Shown here piece by piece: positions 53,388 through 55,424 of a DNA stretch of 55,424 bases. The DNA lies in NCBI GenBank assembly GCA_022616375.1, contig JAKEEW010000265.1, positions 1 through 55,424 on the forward strand, written 5' to 3'. Every line of letters starts with the position of its first letter. Within the stretch, counting starts at the first letter, position 1. The position numbers were made by a program, and so were the translations under genes. Below the pieces are notes generated by a model. The model was not told where the DNA came from. It made no database searches and was given only the letters and a program-made list of their open reading frames with translations. This stretch comes from Sporichthyaceae bacterium. GTDB taxonomy: Bacteria; Actinomycetota; Actinomycetes; JAKEEW01.

Positions 53388-55424
53388 GTGCGATTACCAC
53401 TGGCCACGGCCGCCGCGGCCGTGCTGGCGTTCGGCCTGGCCGGCACCGGGCTCAGCGTCGGGTTGCCAGTCGGTGCCGGCCTGTCGGGCCTGACCGGGCC
53501 GTCCGGCCCAGATGGCCTGTCCGGCGACGCAGTCCTCGGCACGGTTGGGTTGTACGAGTGCCCGGATGACGACGCCGACGACGCCGGGGCGCGGTGCGGC
53601 ACGGTCCCGGTGCCGCTGGACTACCGCAGCGGCGCCGGCACGCTGGGGATCGGCCTCGAGTGGTACGCAGCGCCCGGTGACGCGGTCGGGACCGTGGTCG
53701 CGGTGGCCGGCGGCCCGGGCGGATCGAGCACCAAGGATCGCGACGGCTTTCTCGACCTGTTCTACCAACTCGAGGGCTGGAACCTGCTGCTCGTCGACCT
53801 ACGCGGCACCGGCACGTCGGGCGCGCTGCACTGCGACCGGCTGGAGCGCTTCTTCACCAGCGACGACGAGGACTACGTCGCCGCGGTGGGGGACTGCGGC
53901 CGGGAGCTGGATCGGACCTGGCGCCGGAACGGCGAGCGGTTCCTACCCGGTAGCGAGCTGTTCACCACCGCGAACGCGGCCCGGGATCTCGACCGGGTGC
54001 TGGACCGGCTGGAGCTGGGCCAGATCGACCTGTACGGCGTCTCCTACGGCAGCTACTTCGCCAGCACGTTCGCGGCCCGGTATCCGCACCGGGTGCGCAG
54101 CCTAACCCTGGACTCCAGCTACCAGATCGTGGATCTCGACCCCTGGCGCGTGACTGCGGTGACCACGTCGAGGACCGCGTTCGACCAGGTGTGCACGCGC
54201 TCCGCCGCATGCGCCGCGGCGGCTCCTGGCAGCTCGTGGACGAGGATCGGCCGGCTGGCGCAGCGGCTGCGGTCCGACCCGGTCGACGGCGACGTGCCTG
54301 TCCCGGACGGCGATGTCCCGGTCACCGTGGATATCGGTGCGCTGGTCACACTGGTGAACGCGGCCGGCGGCGACCCGATCGTGTACCGCGAGCTCGATGC
54401 TGCGGCCCGGGCGCTGCTGGAGCACGACGACGCGGTCCCGCTGTTACGCCTGGCCAGCGTGGCCGCCGGGTTCGGCGGCGACGAGGACATCTCGCACTTC
54501 TCGACCTCCCTCTACTCGGCGGTGGTCTGTAGCGACTACCCGCAGCTGTTCGATCCGCGGGCCGGTCGGGGCACCAGGGAGCGCCAGCTCGACGACGCCA
54601 TCGCGGCGCGGGCCGAGCGCACGTTCGCTCCGTTCACCGTCGACGAGTGGTTCAGCTACTCCGGTGAGTCGTACGTGGACTGCCTGCACTGGCCGGCGCC
54701 GGACAACGACGACCTGCCGCTGCCGGACCGGCAATCGCTGGCGGCCGCCGGGGTGCCGACCCTGGTGCTGTCCGGCGACCTGGACACGATCACCCCGGCG
54801 GTTGACGGGCGCCGGGTCGCTGCCCAACTCGGCCGGAGCGCCCGTTGGGTGCGGGTGCACAACGCGGTGCATGGCACCGCGTTGTGGGATATCCACGACT
54901 GTGCCGGCCGGCTGGTCCGCGAGTTCGTCCGGCAGCCGGCCGGGTTGCCGACCATGGACACCTCCTGCGCGAGCCGGCTTCCGGAGATCCGCGCGGTCGC
55001 GAGCTTCCCGCCCCGCCTGGCCGACGCGGAGCCGTCCACCGCGGCTGCAGGCGGGACCACGGATCGGACCGCGCTGCAGCTGGCAGCGGTGGCCGCGGCG
55101 ACCGTCGGGGATGCGATCGAGCAGTACTGGTACGTCCTGGACGAGGAGGTCGGGCTGCGCGGCGGCCGGGTAGAGATCACCGACTCCGAGGTAGTGCGGT
55201 TCCGGTTCCGGCAGACCAGGTTCGTCAGCGACGCCCGGATGGACGGCACCGCCACCTGGGATCCGGTGGATGGGGCAGTGTCGGCCGAGGTGACGATCAC
55301 CGGTCCGGACCGGATCGCCGGACGGTTCGAGATCAGCTGGTCCCACCACCAGCCGCACGCCGTAGCCACCGTGGTTGGCACAGTCGGTGAGCTTGTGGTC
55401 CGGGCGACCATGCCGGCGCCGTGA
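53388..55424 (+). CDS. Secreted TAP-like (tripeptidyl-peptidase-like) alpha/beta hydrolase with C-terminal extension
   Basis: Hydrophobic N-terminus; CG.VPVPLDY; GGPG; DLRGTG.S; GVSYG nucleophile; GDLDTITP; TTGACG-18nt-CAGCAT upstream. Confidence 0.85.
   Translation: MRLPLATAAAAVLAFGLAGTGLSVGLPVGAGLSGLTGPSGPDGLSGDAVLGTVGLYECPDDDADDAGARCGTVPVPLDYRSGAGTLGIGLEWYAAPGDAVGTVVAVAGGPGGSSTKDRDGFLDLFYQLEGWNLLLVDLRGTGTSGALHCDRLERFFTSDDEDYVAAVGDCGRELDRTWRRNGERFLPGSELFTTANAARDLDRVLDRLELGQIDLYGVSYGSYFASTFAARYPHRVRSLTLDSSYQIVDLDPWRVTAVTTSRTAFDQVCTRSAACAAAAPGSSWTRIGRLAQRLRSDPVDGDVPVPDGDVPVTVDIGALVTLVNAAGGDPIVYRELDAAARALLEHDDAVPLLRLASVAAGFGGDEDISHFSTSLYSAVVCSDYPQLFDPRAGRGTRERQLDDAIAARAERTFAPFTVDEWFSYSGESYVDCLHWPAPDNDDLPLPDRQSLAAAGVPTLVLSGDLDTITPAVDGRRVAAQLGRSARWVRVHNAVHGTALWDIHDCAGRLVREFVRQPAGLPTMDTSCASRLPEIRAVASFPPRLADAEPSTAAAGGTTDRTALQLAAVAAATVGDAIEQYWYVLDEEVGLRGGRVEITDSEVVRFRFRQTRFVSDARMDGTATWDPVDGAVSAEVTITGPDRIAGRFEISWSHHQPHAVATVVGTVGELVVRATMPAP

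Overview
GC-rich actinobacterial (Actinomycetota) core chromosome. The left half carries the 3' part of rpoC, a Pro/Gly/Gln/Trp-rich membrane protein, and the contiguous str-S10-spc-alpha ribosomal superoperon (rpsL to rplQ and truA, including secY, adk, map, infA and rpsD). An accessory block follows: a frameshifted flavin monooxygenase, an ECF sigma factor, a membrane partner, a degenerate second ECF sigma, an ABC-F ATPase and a small membrane protein. Next come rplM-rpsI-glmM, a 4-gene ABC exporter, an APH-like kinase, a LMW phosphatase, coaA, a TPR protein, glmS, phoX with a PHO box, acpS-nnr-alr-hydrolase-udg-tsaE-tsaB-rimI-tsaD, and a secreted TAP-like hydrolase. I saw no rRNA, tRNA, CRISPR array or transposase. 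The most unusual signals are non-coding or cryptic. (i) Two families of fixed-length, GATC-bounded palindromic elements (79 bp x2, 74 bp x2), each pair colinear without gaps, in opposite orientation and downstream of a stop codon. (ii) A 77-bp MIRU-like insert encoding a 26-aa ORF that is translationally coupled on both sides. (iii) A collapsed Phd/VapB-like toxin-antitoxin relic with an operator-like palindrome. (iv) Tandem re-duplication of the last codons of coaA. (v) A sigma / partner / degenerate-sigma triad. All product calls come from motif recognition and synteny; no database search was run.
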